A stretch of DNA of 64,000 bases from Candidatus Parcubacteria bacterium (GTDB lineage: Bacteria > Patescibacteriota > Minisyncoccia > Phycocordibacterales > CAIZLB01): NCBI GenBank assembly GCA_039795775.1, contig JBDKLC010000003.1, forward strand, positions 797-64,796, in the 5' to 3' direction. Positions within the stretch are counted from its first letter, which is position 1. Each line of letters starts with the position of its first letter. A model generated the notes under the pieces. The model saw only the letters and a program-made list of their open reading frames with translations. It did no database searches and was not told the origin of the DNA. Of this stretch, positions 30,075 to 39,540 are shown piece after piece. The translations under genes were made by a program, and so were the position numbers.

Positions 30075-30663
30075 AAAAGAAATTGTTGCAGCACTTACCG
30101 AGACTCCCTTCATCTATAGAGTATGTAAAAAATTCGGAGTAGCCAGATCAACATTTTACAAATGGCTCAAGGATGACAAGAATTTTTCGAGTGATGTAGT
30201 GATAGCACTTCGAGAAGGAAAAAGAAGTATGAATGAGCTTGCACTATCAAGTCTTGTTAAGCGAGTGAGCGATGGTCACTTTCCAGCAATACGATATTTC
30301 CTTCAGCATAACCATGGTGACTATAGACCACCTGAAAAGGTAAACTCAGTAGCTATGTGGAATGCTCGTATGAGCGCTCTGAGGAAAAAGAAAGAAGAAG
30401 CTCCGTATGAGACATGGAATCCTGAATCTAAATTCCACGATAGTCTTAGTACTAAGCAAGAGATTATGCTCGAGTTACTATTGGAATACAATAGTGTTGA
30501 AGAAGTCAGTATCGATATACGTTCTGAATATTTCGCCAAAGTACTTGAAGATGAGTTCAAAAGTATTACTGAGGCTGAACAATATCTAAAACAAGCGATA
30601 CAACTTGAGAAGGAGTCAGCGAAGCCTTCAGAATCGGCTGATGCAAACCAAACTTCTGGCTAG
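30055..30663 (+). CDS. HTH protein resembling a phage terminase small subunit
   Basis: CKKFGVARSTFYKWLKDDKNF HTH, then AIRYFLQH; overlaps the MTase stop. Confidence 0.6.
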   Translation: MYSRHVKKEIVAALTETPFIYRVCKKFGVARSTFYKWLKDDKNFSSDVVIALREGKRSMNELALSSLVKRVSDGHFPAIRYFLQHNHGDYRPPEKVNSVAMWNARMSALRKKKEEAPYETWNPESKFHDSLSTKQEIMLELLLEYNSVEEVSIDIRSEYFAKVLEDEFKSITEAEQYLKQAIQLEKESAKPSESADANQTSG

Positions 30664-30940
30664 CGTCTTTTACTTCTGCATCTATTGAATTAGAAAGAAA
30701 AACAAATGGAATATTCTTCGTGCGGTTATCCACCTTGATGGCCTTGAGTAGATCAAGGCCATTTGGCGTTGGTCGAATGACGTCAGAGATTATGAGGTCA
30801 GGTTTTATGATGTCGATTTGAGAAACAAAATCTTTCTCAAGTACATCAAGTGACACAACCTCGAATCCTGATTCCTTGAATACTTTTCCGTAGAGATCGA
30901 GTAGAAACTTGTCGTCATCTATATGAAGTATTTTCTTCAT
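30566..30940 (-). CDS. Single-domain response regulator (CheY-like receiver)
   Basis: KILHIDDD, PDLIISD, P.NGLDLL, IPFVFLSN, K. Confidence 0.85.
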   Translation of the reverse strand: MKKILHIDDDKFLLDLYGKVFKESGFEVVSLDVLEKDFVSQIDIIKPDLIISDVIRPTPNGLDLLKAIKVDNRTKNIPFVFLSNSIDAEVKDASQKFGLHQPILKASLTPSQVVSLVLDIVQPQ

Positions 30941-30941
30941 A

Positions 30942-31322
30942 TTATTTAAACAAGATTAATAAGAGAATAATCGCGATGATTGTAAGTAATCCCGCAACTG
31001 CTCCAAGCTGTGCGAATGCAAAATATATTGCACCAACTCCAATGAGGAAGAGGAGTAGTCCAACGATCTTACTTCTTCGAGCTTCGAGGAGGGCTTTTAG
31101 TGTTCCTAAAATGAGCGCGCCTACAATTACAATTCCTGCGAGTAGTATTATTGCTCCAATTCCAGAAAACATTCCTGAAAGGATATTTTCTGGAATATTA
31201 ATAAATCCATAGTAACCAATTGTGCCAATAAGTATTCCGATTATTGGTATGGTTATTAAAAGTACAATAGAACCATAAGCTCCACTTAGAGCTTTGGTCA
31301 GCACTGTTTTTATTTTATTCAT
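30942..31322 (-). CDS. Hypothetical 4-TM membrane protein
   Basis: Very hydrophobic; start MNKIKT is M29 of the ORF. Confidence 0.7.
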   Translation of the reverse strand: MNKIKTVLTKALSGAYGSIVLLITIPIIGILIGTIGYYGFINIPENILSGMFSGIGAIILLAGIVIVGALILGTLKALLEARRSKIVGLLLFLIGVGAIYFAFAQLGAVAGLLTIIAIILLLILFK

Positions 31323-31324
31323 GT

Positions 31325-31467
31325 TTTTGCGGTTTTTTAACCCGACATAGGATTTTTTTCCATACAAAAATCCCTTAGCCAGGACGATGGTATTACCCAC
31401 CCACACCAGTTTCCCGATGTGACCGCAAAAGTGACCCTAGACTAAGGGGTTTTTATACTTTTGCGGT
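31325..31467 (-). ncRNA. Candidate c4/CI-like antisense regulatory RNA in the 5' leader
   Basis: Cloverleaf-like fold 31366-31454 exposing ACTTTTGCGGT, complementary to ACCGCAAAAGT upstream and ACCGCAAAA just before the ATG. Confidence 0.5.
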
Positions 31468-31615
31468 GTTTATGACCATATCCTAGAAAACCAAGGGTCT
31501 TTTAGGGGTTAGGTCGCTTATTAAGTTGTAAATGAATTGTAGCAGATTTTCCGCTACTTTTGTACCTTAGCTTAGATATGGAGGCTTGCGAAGGGGTGGT
31601 TACCAACAACTCAAT

Positions 31616-32323
31616 TTAGCAGACTGTTGATCCAATTGTCTCAAGCTTCTCCTTAACTTTCTCCCATTTAGGAAACTTCTTGTCGAGAAAATCATAGAAC
31701 CGTTTATCATGGTTCTTATACTTCATGTGACAGAGTTCGTGTACGATAACATAATCAATACAGTCCTTTGAGGTATGAATAAGCCTAGGATTGAGGAATA
31801 TCTTATCCTGATTTAAGAAACTGCCCCAACGTTTCTTCATTTCTCTAACGGAAAGTTTCGGTGTGTTCTTGAAGTCAAAGAGTGAAAGCATTTCAGTGAA
31901 TCTGTCTTGGAGAATTAGGTTTGTCTTTTCTGCAAACCAGCTATCAACGAGTTTTTTGTTGTACTTGCTGTCTGTCACGGACTTAGTTGTAGATACAATC
32001 AACTGACCTCTAGTGAGAGAAACAGAATCTTCTTTACCTTTACGAACAATTAGTTTGTACTGTCTTCCGAGGTACAAATATCCCTCTCCCGAGATGTATT
32101 CTTTCTCATAAGTCTTTCGTTGATATTTTTTGAAGAATGAAAGTTGCTTCTCTAGCCAGAACCATTTCTTCTGGAGAAAGGTTTCGATTCTTTCGCCCTC
32201 TGCCTTGAATGGACACTTAACAATAATACGAAGATCTGGGGTGACAGTGAGGCTCAGGGTTTTACGATCTTGTTTTATAAGTTGGTATTCATATATGAAT
32301 GTTCCAAAAATGAATTCCTTCAT
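31616..32323 (-). CDS. M48/YgjP-family (SprT-like) zinc metallopeptidase
   Basis: MKKRWGS, DYVIVHELCH, NHDKRFY; typical gene downstream of hsdR. Confidence 0.9.
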   Translation of the reverse strand: MKEFIFGTFIYEYQLIKQDRKTLSLTVTPDLRIIVKCPFKAEGERIETFLQKKWFWLEKQLSFFKKYQRKTYEKEYISGEGYLYLGRQYKLIVRKGKEDSVSLTRGQLIVSTTKSVTDSKYNKKLVDSWFAEKTNLILQDRFTEMLSLFDFKNTPKLSVREMKKRWGSFLNQDKIFLNPRLIHTSKDCIDYVIVHELCHMKYKNHDKRFYDFLDKKFPKWEKVKEKLETIGSTVC

Positions 32324-32327
32324 ATAA

Positions 32328-35300
32328 TTATAAGAATAGATCAAAGTTATTTTCTGCTAATTGCATTGCAGTATCAATAACGACCTTGATGTGATCATTA
32401 TCAATATTGATGCCTTTCTCGCCCTTAAACACATCGTAGAGGTAATCATCAATACTATTTCGCATCTTACGCTTCACATCCATGTTCTTGTACCAGTCTA
32501 CAATTGCCTCATTCTTAATGATCGTGAAGATATCAAGAATGGTGGCAATATAAACATCTTCACTGAGATTCAAATTTGCAAGCTCAGATCGCAAGTTACG
32601 ATAGAACACGTCTGATCCTTTCTGCGATTCAATTTTTTCTGGAAGACTCTCGTCTTTCTTGTTTACCACATCATCACTAATAAGCTTCATTTGTTTCAGA
32701 GCTTCAACATCAGCAAGTTTTCCTTGTCTCATTTTCTCAAGAATGTTAGAAATCTTCTTAGAGAATTTCTCATAGAATTCAGGGTCAGTATCCATTTTTT
32801 CTGTGATAGTCCTTTCAGTCTGTGCAGCGATTGCCTCAGCCTTTGATTTGTCAGAACCGAGTTCTGCTACAGCTTCTTCAAACTGCTTTCGATCAGTAAT
32901 GTTTACTTGCTTTGTGAGCAACTCAACACCACGAGCATCCACATACTTATCAAGGATATTGATAAGTGATTGTTTGTATTCAAGAAGATCAACACGGTCG
33001 GCATACTTCAAGCTCGCAGACTTACGAAGTTCCATAAACTTTTTAAGTTCACGTTTATAGAGATCAAGGTGCTTGAATTCATGAACGAAGTCCTGCAACA
33101 CAAAGCATTCGTTCAGGTTCTTGATGAACTCATTAAGTGTCTTGTAGAAAGTCTCACGCTTTGGCTGATCAGAAAGGAATTGGAGGTACACCTCATCATC
33201 GTTCGATCCTTTGATCTCATTAAACAAATCGTGGACAGTTCCATAGCTTTGTTCGAGATCTTGTATCTTTTCTGACACATCAATAAGAGTTCCTTTAATA
33301 TCGTTCTCATCATAGTTACCGAAAAGCTTCATAGCTGTATCAATGTTTTTAGCGTTCTCTGAGTAGTCCATGATATAGCCCGCAGTCTTTGGTTTTTCCT
33401 TTTTGTTTTCGTAAAGACGGTTTACACGAGCGATAGCCTGAAGTAGGTTATGATCTCTCAAGTCTTTAGCGAGATAGAGTACTGTGTTACGAGGTGCATC
33501 AAAGCCAGTGAGTAGCTTGTCTACCACGATGATCATCTCGATACCGTCATCGTTGTGCTTAAAGCTATCAACAACATCTTTTTCATATTTCTCAACACTA
33601 CTGTGATTTTTTCGAACACCCTCTAGGTATCCGACCACTTCTTTTTTGTGAAGATTTTCTTCATCACCGTCTTCATGCTCGTCGGAAATAATTACAGCAG
33701 TACGAACGTTTCCACGAGTCTCAAAGAACTTCTGGAAAAGAATTGCTGAATATTTAGATGGAGCAACAATTTGCGCCTTAAGCCCTGTGTATTGGAAGTT
33801 GTCGATAAAGTGCTTCTCTATATCATAAGCAATCTCAACAATACGCTGAGGATTGTCTTTAATTATCTTACTTCCAACGTATCGCTGTAGTTCCTTCTTC
33901 TGCTTATCATTGAGTCCTTCAGTGATTCGTTCAACATGGCGGTCAATCTGTTCCGCATTCTGAATAAGATCAACATAACGACCTTCGTAGATAAGGGGAA
34001 GAATAATCTTATCAGCTAAAGCATCATCAATCGTATACTTGTCGATATAGTCACCGAACTTCTTCCAACTCTCTCGGTCTTTCTTCATGAGAGGGGTACC
34101 AGTAAATCCGATGTAGCATGCATTTGGGATGATTCGATTCATCTCAAAGTTAGCCATACCGTTTTGACTTCGGTGCGCCTCGTCGATAAGGACAAAGATG
34201 TTTTTATCATCATCAATAAATCCTGTACTCTTTTTTGCAGCTGATTCAAACTTCTGAACAAGTGTAGTGATAACAGACAAATCTTTCTCCTTAATAAGAT
34301 CAATCAGGTGCTGACCACTTGTAGCCTGAATGACTTCCTTTTTGAGGTTACAGTTTTTGAATGTATCTTTAATTTGCTTGTCCAAATCCTTACGATCAGT
34401 AACGATGATCACACGAGGGTTGAGAATATGAGGATCTTCAATAAGGGTCTTCACAAACATCACCATGGTAAGCGATTTACCAGATCCTTGAGTGTGCCAA
34501 ACAAGCCCACCTTTTCGTCGAGTAATACCGTGATCAGTTACTTCTTCCTCTTCTACGCGCTTGAGCATCTTATGTATAGCAAAATACTGTTGGTATCGTG
34601 AAAGCTTCTTTACTCCTGCATCAAAGAGAATGTAATTCTTTGTTAGGTCTAAAAGTCTTTTTGGTTCGAATAAGAACATAACCCCACAATCCTGTTCGGT
34701 AGGAAGTCTGTCTGTTCTTTGTTTATGACCGTCAGTATATCCGTTCAAATCTTCAAGTACTTGAGTATATATTTCAGTATCAATTTTTTTATGAATAAGA
34801 CCTAATAGCTTTTCGCTAAGTATTTCCTGATCTGATCCTTTTTCTTTCCATACTGCATAGAACTTGTTAGGTGTACCAGTAGTTCCATACTGCAATTCTT
34901 TTCCATTAGTACCAACAAGAAGTTGAGTGTAAGTAAAAAGTTTAGGACAGAATTCAGGGCCCTGATTACGATTCATTTGATTGATAGCTTCCTTTACATC
35001 TACACTAGACTTTTTGTTCTCAATCACCGCAAAAGGGATACCGTTTACGAAGACTACGATATCGGGACGGACATTTTGTTTACCACTTGCTACAAATTCT
35101 ACAGAGACATGGAATGAGTTATTTTCTGGGTTCTCGAAGTCTATGAACTTAAAGTTCTTTGATACTTTCTTGCCCCCGTGATTTACTTTGATTGTCTTAC
35201 CTCCACTCGTTGGCATGATAGTGTTGTAGATCTTTTGTGCAGTATCTATAAGCCCTTCATACTGAATATGCTCAAGTTCATCGATGGCGTCTCGCACATC

Positions 35301-35522
35301 TTTCTCGCTGAATTTATATTCAACACCATCAACTTCGTATCCGTTGATTTCCATGAGCTTCTCCGCAGCAATGTCAGCGAGGATGAAGTTTGAAGTGTCA
35401 CCACGTTGTCGCAGTGCTTCAGCAACAGAAACATACTTGTAACCCATGTTCAACAGAAGCTCTACAAATGGGAGCTGTGACTGTCTGGCTTCATCGAAAT
35501 TTACGTTTATGAGTGATGACAT
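32328..35522 (-). CDS. hsdR: Type I restriction endonuclease subunit R
   Basis: RPDIVVFVNGIP..IENK, WHTQGSGKS, DEAHRSQ, FTGTP, LLTGFDAP, QAIARVNR. Confidence 0.97.
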   Translation of the reverse strand: MSSLINVNFDEARQSQLPFVELLLNMGYKYVSVAEALRQRGDTSNFILADIAAEKLMEINGYEVDGVEYKFSEKDVRDAIDELEHIQYEGLIDTAQKIYNTIMPTSGGKTIKVNHGGKKVSKNFKFIDFENPENNSFHVSVEFVASGKQNVRPDIVVFVNGIPFAVIENKKSSVDVKEAINQMNRNQGPEFCPKLFTYTQLLVGTNGKELQYGTTGTPNKFYAVWKEKGSDQEILSEKLLGLIHKKIDTEIYTQVLEDLNGYTDGHKQRTDRLPTEQDCGVMFLFEPKRLLDLTKNYILFDAGVKKLSRYQQYFAIHKMLKRVEEEEVTDHGITRRKGGLVWHTQGSGKSLTMVMFVKTLIEDPHILNPRVIIVTDRKDLDKQIKDTFKNCNLKKEVIQATSGQHLIDLIKEKDLSVITTLVQKFESAAKKSTGFIDDDKNIFVLIDEAHRSQNGMANFEMNRIIPNACYIGFTGTPLMKKDRESWKKFGDYIDKYTIDDALADKIILPLIYEGRYVDLIQNAEQIDRHVERITEGLNDKQKKELQRYVGSKIIKDNPQRIVEIAYDIEKHFIDNFQYTGLKAQIVAPSKYSAILFQKFFETRGNVRTAVIISDEHEDGDEENLHKKEVVGYLEGVRKNHSSVEKYEKDVVDSFKHNDDGIEMIIVVDKLLTGFDAPRNTVLYLAKDLRDHNLLQAIARVNRLYENKKEKPKTAGYIMDYSENAKNIDTAMKLFGNYDENDIKGTLIDVSEKIQDLEQSYGTVHDLFNEIKGSNDDEVYLQFLSDQPKRETFYKTLNEFIKNLNECFVLQDFVHEFKHLDLYKRELKKFMELRKSASLKYADRVDLLEYKQSLINILDKYVDARGVELLTKQVNITDRKQFEEAVAELGSDKSKAEAIAAQTERTITEKMDTDPEFYEKFSKKISNILEKMRQGKLADVEALKQMKLISDDVVNKKDESLPEKIESQKGSDVFYRNLRSELANLNLSEDVYIATILDIFTIIKNEAIVDWYKNMDVKRKMRNSIDDYLYDVFKGEKGINIDNDHIKVVIDTAMQLAENNFDLFL

Positions 35523-35526
35523 ATGT

Positions 35527-36774
35527 TTATTTGGTTAGTTTGGTTGATAATGTTTCTGGTGTGCGTATTTTGCCTGTAATGAGATTGTTGAGAAGGTAGC
35601 GTTTCTGTTCTTTGAAGATGGAAAGTTTCTTTTCAAGTGAATCAATCTCGTTATCTGTTGCTGTGAGAATGTTTGCAATAGCCGTTTGTTCCTTAATTTT
35701 CGGTATATGTATAACAACTTCGGAGACCGTCTCTTTTTTTAAGTTCTGCACTCCTGAACCTGCAGAGATAGAGCGAAATACGCTTTGAATTCTCGATGAG
35801 GAAAGGAGATAGTAAAGAAAGTCCTTATTGACTGATGATGAGATATCCATTAGCGCCAACCAACCGTCGTGTATACAAGCATTAATTTTCATTATGTAAG
35901 GACGACCAAAACTCATTGAATTTGAAAGAATAAAATCTCCTTCTTTTACTAATGTAGTTTTATTAAGTCCCTCCTTTTTAATCTTTTCAGTTGTCTTATA
36001 AATAAATCTGTCTCCAATTGGCACATCTCCAATTCTTAACCAATTCAGTCCGTCTTTATTTTCTGTAATATAATCCTGAATTGGTCGTGGTGATCCACCT
36101 CTTTTTATCTCGCAAATCTCACCAAGTACTTTGAATTCCCATTTATCTTCGAAACCTTTCAATCTCTTATTACCAGTGAGTAAATCTTGCATTAGGCCTT
36201 TTTTTACATTCTTCTTTACTTTTATTTTTTCAGTAATTTTTTCAATCAATTTGTCCCAAGTTTCAAGGACTGAAACAATACGATTTTGTTCAGATAGTGG
36301 AGGAAAGTTTAATTTAATCTTTTCGAAATCACCTTTTGAAACTTCAAGAAATGTACTGCCAGACCCCAATTTCATTAGAGTAGGCTTGATTGATTTAATG
36401 AAATAAAACAAATAATCCACCGTTGTATCTTTTTTTGGAATCAGATTTTTAAAACCTTGATTTGTAGAAATTGGATACGTAGAGATAGAACATTCTCCAA
36501 CCGTCGCACGAGTACAAACAATGAGACTCCCTTTTGGAAGCAATCTTGCGGAGCTATTTTTAAGACCAAGCTCTGTAATCTTCTTCTCTGTCTTTAATGT
36601 TATATATTTACCTGTTTTTGTGATTTCAGTTGGGGTTATCCAGTTTATTTCACCGTCCCAAAAATCTTTATTATTTGTATCAGGTGTGCCTCCAGACGAT
36701 ATATGTGAAACATCTGCAAGTGTAACTTGTGTCCAGCCAGATGGGATATCTTTTTGTAATTGATTATTTTTCAT
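35527..36774 (-). CDS. hsdS: Type I R-M specificity subunit (two TRDs)
   Basis: IPSGW, GGTP, PPLSEQNRIV, LMQDLLTG, second TRD GGSPRP, EQTAIANIL. Confidence 0.95.
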   Translation of the reverse strand: MKNNQLQKDIPSGWTQVTLADVSHISSGGTPDTNNKDFWDGEINWITPTEITKTGKYITLKTEKKITELGLKNSSARLLPKGSLIVCTRATVGECSISTYPISTNQGFKNLIPKKDTTVDYLFYFIKSIKPTLMKLGSGSTFLEVSKGDFEKIKLNFPPLSEQNRIVSVLETWDKLIEKITEKIKVKKNVKKGLMQDLLTGNKRLKGFEDKWEFKVLGEICEIKRGGSPRPIQDYITENKDGLNWLRIGDVPIGDRFIYKTTEKIKKEGLNKTTLVKEGDFILSNSMSFGRPYIMKINACIHDGWLALMDISSSVNKDFLYYLLSSSRIQSVFRSISAGSGVQNLKKETVSEVVIHIPKIKEQTAIANILTATDNEIDSLEKKLSIFKEQKRYLLNNLITGKIRTPETLSTKLTK

Positions 36775-36775
36775 A

Positions 36776-38023
36776 TTATTTGATTCTTGGTTTTTTCTTA
36801 AATAGATTTAATGTGTACTCAATTTTATTTAACAATTCATCAAAAGTAATAATCATTACCTCATTATTTGAAGACCTGAATAGTTCAAAACTATCTTTTT
36901 GTTTCGGGCTTAGATTTTTTAAATCACCAGCAATAACCACACATTGTGAATTTGAAATTTGTAAGCCAGATCCACCAAGTTTGGAATAGAAGTTTTTTAG
37001 CAATTCATGCTTCTGATCCTGAACTTGAATAAGTGAGCCAGACAAGTCCTTGCTTATAGGAAAAATACCTTTTCGATATTCTGTCTTCATTATTATGGGT
37101 GTTTTATGAGTTTTTATTTCTATAAAAGCAACGTTGTTGGTTAGATTGTTTTTATATAGAAAATCAACAATTTTATCACTATTGGTTTCTGTAATATTAT
37201 TGCCCCCGACATTAAATTTGTCTTTTGTAAGTGATACTGGAAAATAGAATACATTGCTAAAAATCCAGTTATTTTCATTGAAAAACTTTTGCCAATCCTC
37301 TTCTTTTGTATTTACTTTTAATAATCTTTTATATCTAGAAAGAATGTCCTCAACATATAAAGTGTCGATCTGCCCCTTTGAGGAAAGTAGTATTTCTTTA
37401 CTTAGAATCTTTTTATCAATAAAACCCTTAATGACAATTGAATCAGCATCAGATAGCTTCATCTGATCTATTTCGTATTTATTGAAGAAATTAGACAAGT
37501 CGTTTTCAGTATATTGAATTTTTTGAGCTACACTAAACTTAGATGGCAAAACTGAGTTAAAGATATTTTGATGCGTCTGTCTCAATTCCTTACTCTGCTT
37601 CTCTTTATTTTTTTGTGTACTATATTCAATTTTCCTGAAATCAGTTAAAAGGATTTGAAGTTTACCATTCTTGATTTCTGTTTTACCTTTTTCTAAAAAG
37701 ACAACTTCTTCAATATTTGGATATTTATCTTGAAAAAAATAAAACAAATCCTGAACTCCTTTAGGTTTTGTGAATCCGAAACCGCTCGAAACATTCACAG
37801 ATATACCTGAAGAAGGTCTTTTGCCTCCTGTGGTTGTAATCTTTTTTATAGAGCTATACTTATGTTTAATGGTCCCAAATGAGTTGTAAAATGGGTATCT
37901 TGTTATATTACCATTCGTAAATCTCTCTAAAGCCAAGAAGCCAGTGTCCTTATCCTTTAAATAAAGATTGAATGATTCTTTTAACTTAGTTTTATTTGCC
38001 GACACAAGAGAAACATCTTTCAT
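36776..38023 (-). CDS. sduA: Shedu-family (DUF4263) anti-phage nuclease
   Basis: C-terminal EEDWQKFF..N.WIF, DFL, FIEIKT, LSGSLIQV, FELFR, IITFDELL motifs. Confidence 0.85.
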   Translation of the reverse strand: MKDVSLVSANKTKLKESFNLYLKDKDTGFLALERFTNGNITRYPFYNSFGTIKHKYSSIKKITTTGGKRPSSGISVNVSSGFGFTKPKGVQDLFYFFQDKYPNIEEVVFLEKGKTEIKNGKLQILLTDFRKIEYSTQKNKEKQSKELRQTHQNIFNSVLPSKFSVAQKIQYTENDLSNFFNKYEIDQMKLSDADSIVIKGFIDKKILSKEILLSSKGQIDTLYVEDILSRYKRLLKVNTKEEDWQKFFNENNWIFSNVFYFPVSLTKDKFNVGGNNITETNSDKIVDFLYKNNLTNNVAFIEIKTHKTPIIMKTEYRKGIFPISKDLSGSLIQVQDQKHELLKNFYSKLGGSGLQISNSQCVVIAGDLKNLSPKQKDSFELFRSSNNEVMIITFDELLNKIEYTLNLFKKKPRIK

Positions 38024-38027
38024 ATAT

Positions 38028-39539
38028 TTATTTGATTCCTAGTTCCTTTAGGTATACGACCATTTGTTTCTCAAGCTTCTCAAGCTGTGGCTCAAGCTCA
38101 GCAAGCTCTTTCAGGTTTGCTTTGATATCTACAGGAGCTTCTTCGGTAAACGTATCCACATAGCGAGTGATATTAAGGTTGAAATCATTCTCCTCAATTT
38201 CTTTAAGACTTACTTTACGAGCAAACTTCGCTACATCTTTGCGAGCCTTGTAGGTAGAGTAAATCTTTTCGATGTTTTCATCGGTGAGAATATTTTGAGC
38301 TTTGTTAGATTTGAATTCCTTTGATGCTTCGATAAAGAACACATCTTTTTTACTTTCATTTTCTCCACCTTTTTCTCGTGAGCGATCGATAACAAGAATT
38401 GCGACAGGGATACCCGTTGTTTGGAATAGTCCTGCAGGAAGTCCGATTACAGCCTCAATGATATTTTCCCTGAGAAGTTGTTCACGAATTTTACCTTCTG
38501 CACCACCTCGAAAGAGAACGCCGTGAGGAACAATAACAGCAATACGTCCTGTCTTTGGCTTTGCTGTCTCAATCATGTGAGTAATAAAGGCAAAGTCACC
38601 CTTGTCCTTTGGTGGAGTGCCACGCCAGAATCGTTTGTATTTGTCGGCATCTGCATGTTCAGCGCCCCATTTCTTGAGAGAGAACGGTGGGTTACTTACG
38701 ATTGTATCGAATTTCATTAAGTGATCATTTTCTACAAGGAGTGGATTATTTAAAGTATCGCCCCATTCAAGTCGCGCTGAATCTTTTCCATGGAGAAACA
38801 TGTTCATTCGAGCGAGTTGATATGTTGAACCTGTTGATTCTTGGCCATAGAGAGCGTAGTTCTTTGAACCTTGTTTTTCTACTTCTTCACCTGCAAGTAA
38901 AAGGAGACCTCCTGATCCAGAACATGGGTCACAAATACGAGCACCTGCTTTTGGTTCTGCAAGTTTTGCTACGAGATGAGCAACATTCCTTACTGTAAAA
39001 AATTCTCCAGCTTTTTTTCCTGCATCTGCTCCAAACTTCTCAATAAGATACATATATGAGTTACCAATGACATCATCATTCACGCCAGTGAGGTCAATTT
39101 TTGCAAAGTCCTGTACAAGATTACGAAGCATCTTGTTTCGCTCTGCAAGTTTTCCAAGATTTGATTCTGAGTTGAAGTCTACAGAAAATACACCATCAAG
39201 TTTTTCCTTGTTGTGATCTTCAATACGATGAAGTGCTTTGTTTATTTCTTCTCCAAGATTATCTTGCTCGATAATTGAATAGATATAGTCAAACGATGAC
39301 TTCGGAGGGAGATAGAAGCGGTCAAGCTTCATTTTCTCTTCAATACGTTTCTCATCACCTGCGAATCTTTTTTTGTATTCGTCATGTGTGTTTTTTGATT
39401 TATCGCTAAGATATTTCAAGAAAAGCATTGGGAGTACATAGTTCATGTAATCCGCCGCATTGAGTTGGCTTCGAGAGGAGTTTGCTGAGTCCCATAGGAT
39501 TTTATTTAGGTCTTCTTGTGTGTATTTTTTGTTGGTCAT
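38028..39539 (-). CDS. hsdM: Type I R-M methyltransferase subunit M
   Basis: GEFFT, DPCSGSGGLL, NPPF motif IV, VPHGVLFRG, NLNITRY. Confidence 0.97.
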   Translation of the reverse strand: MTNKKYTQEDLNKILWDSANSSRSQLNAADYMNYVLPMLFLKYLSDKSKNTHDEYKKRFAGDEKRIEEKMKLDRFYLPPKSSFDYIYSIIEQDNLGEEINKALHRIEDHNKEKLDGVFSVDFNSESNLGKLAERNKMLRNLVQDFAKIDLTGVNDDVIGNSYMYLIEKFGADAGKKAGEFFTVRNVAHLVAKLAEPKAGARICDPCSGSGGLLLLAGEEVEKQGSKNYALYGQESTGSTYQLARMNMFLHGKDSARLEWGDTLNNPLLVENDHLMKFDTIVSNPPFSLKKWGAEHADADKYKRFWRGTPPKDKGDFAFITHMIETAKPKTGRIAVIVPHGVLFRGGAEGKIREQLLRENIIEAVIGLPAGLFQTTGIPVAILVIDRSREKGGENESKKDVFFIEASKEFKSNKAQNILTDENIEKIYSTYKARKDVAKFARKVSLKEIEENDFNLNITRYVDTFTEEAPVDIKANLKELAELEPQLEKLEKQMVVYLKELGIK

Positions 39540-39540
39540 G

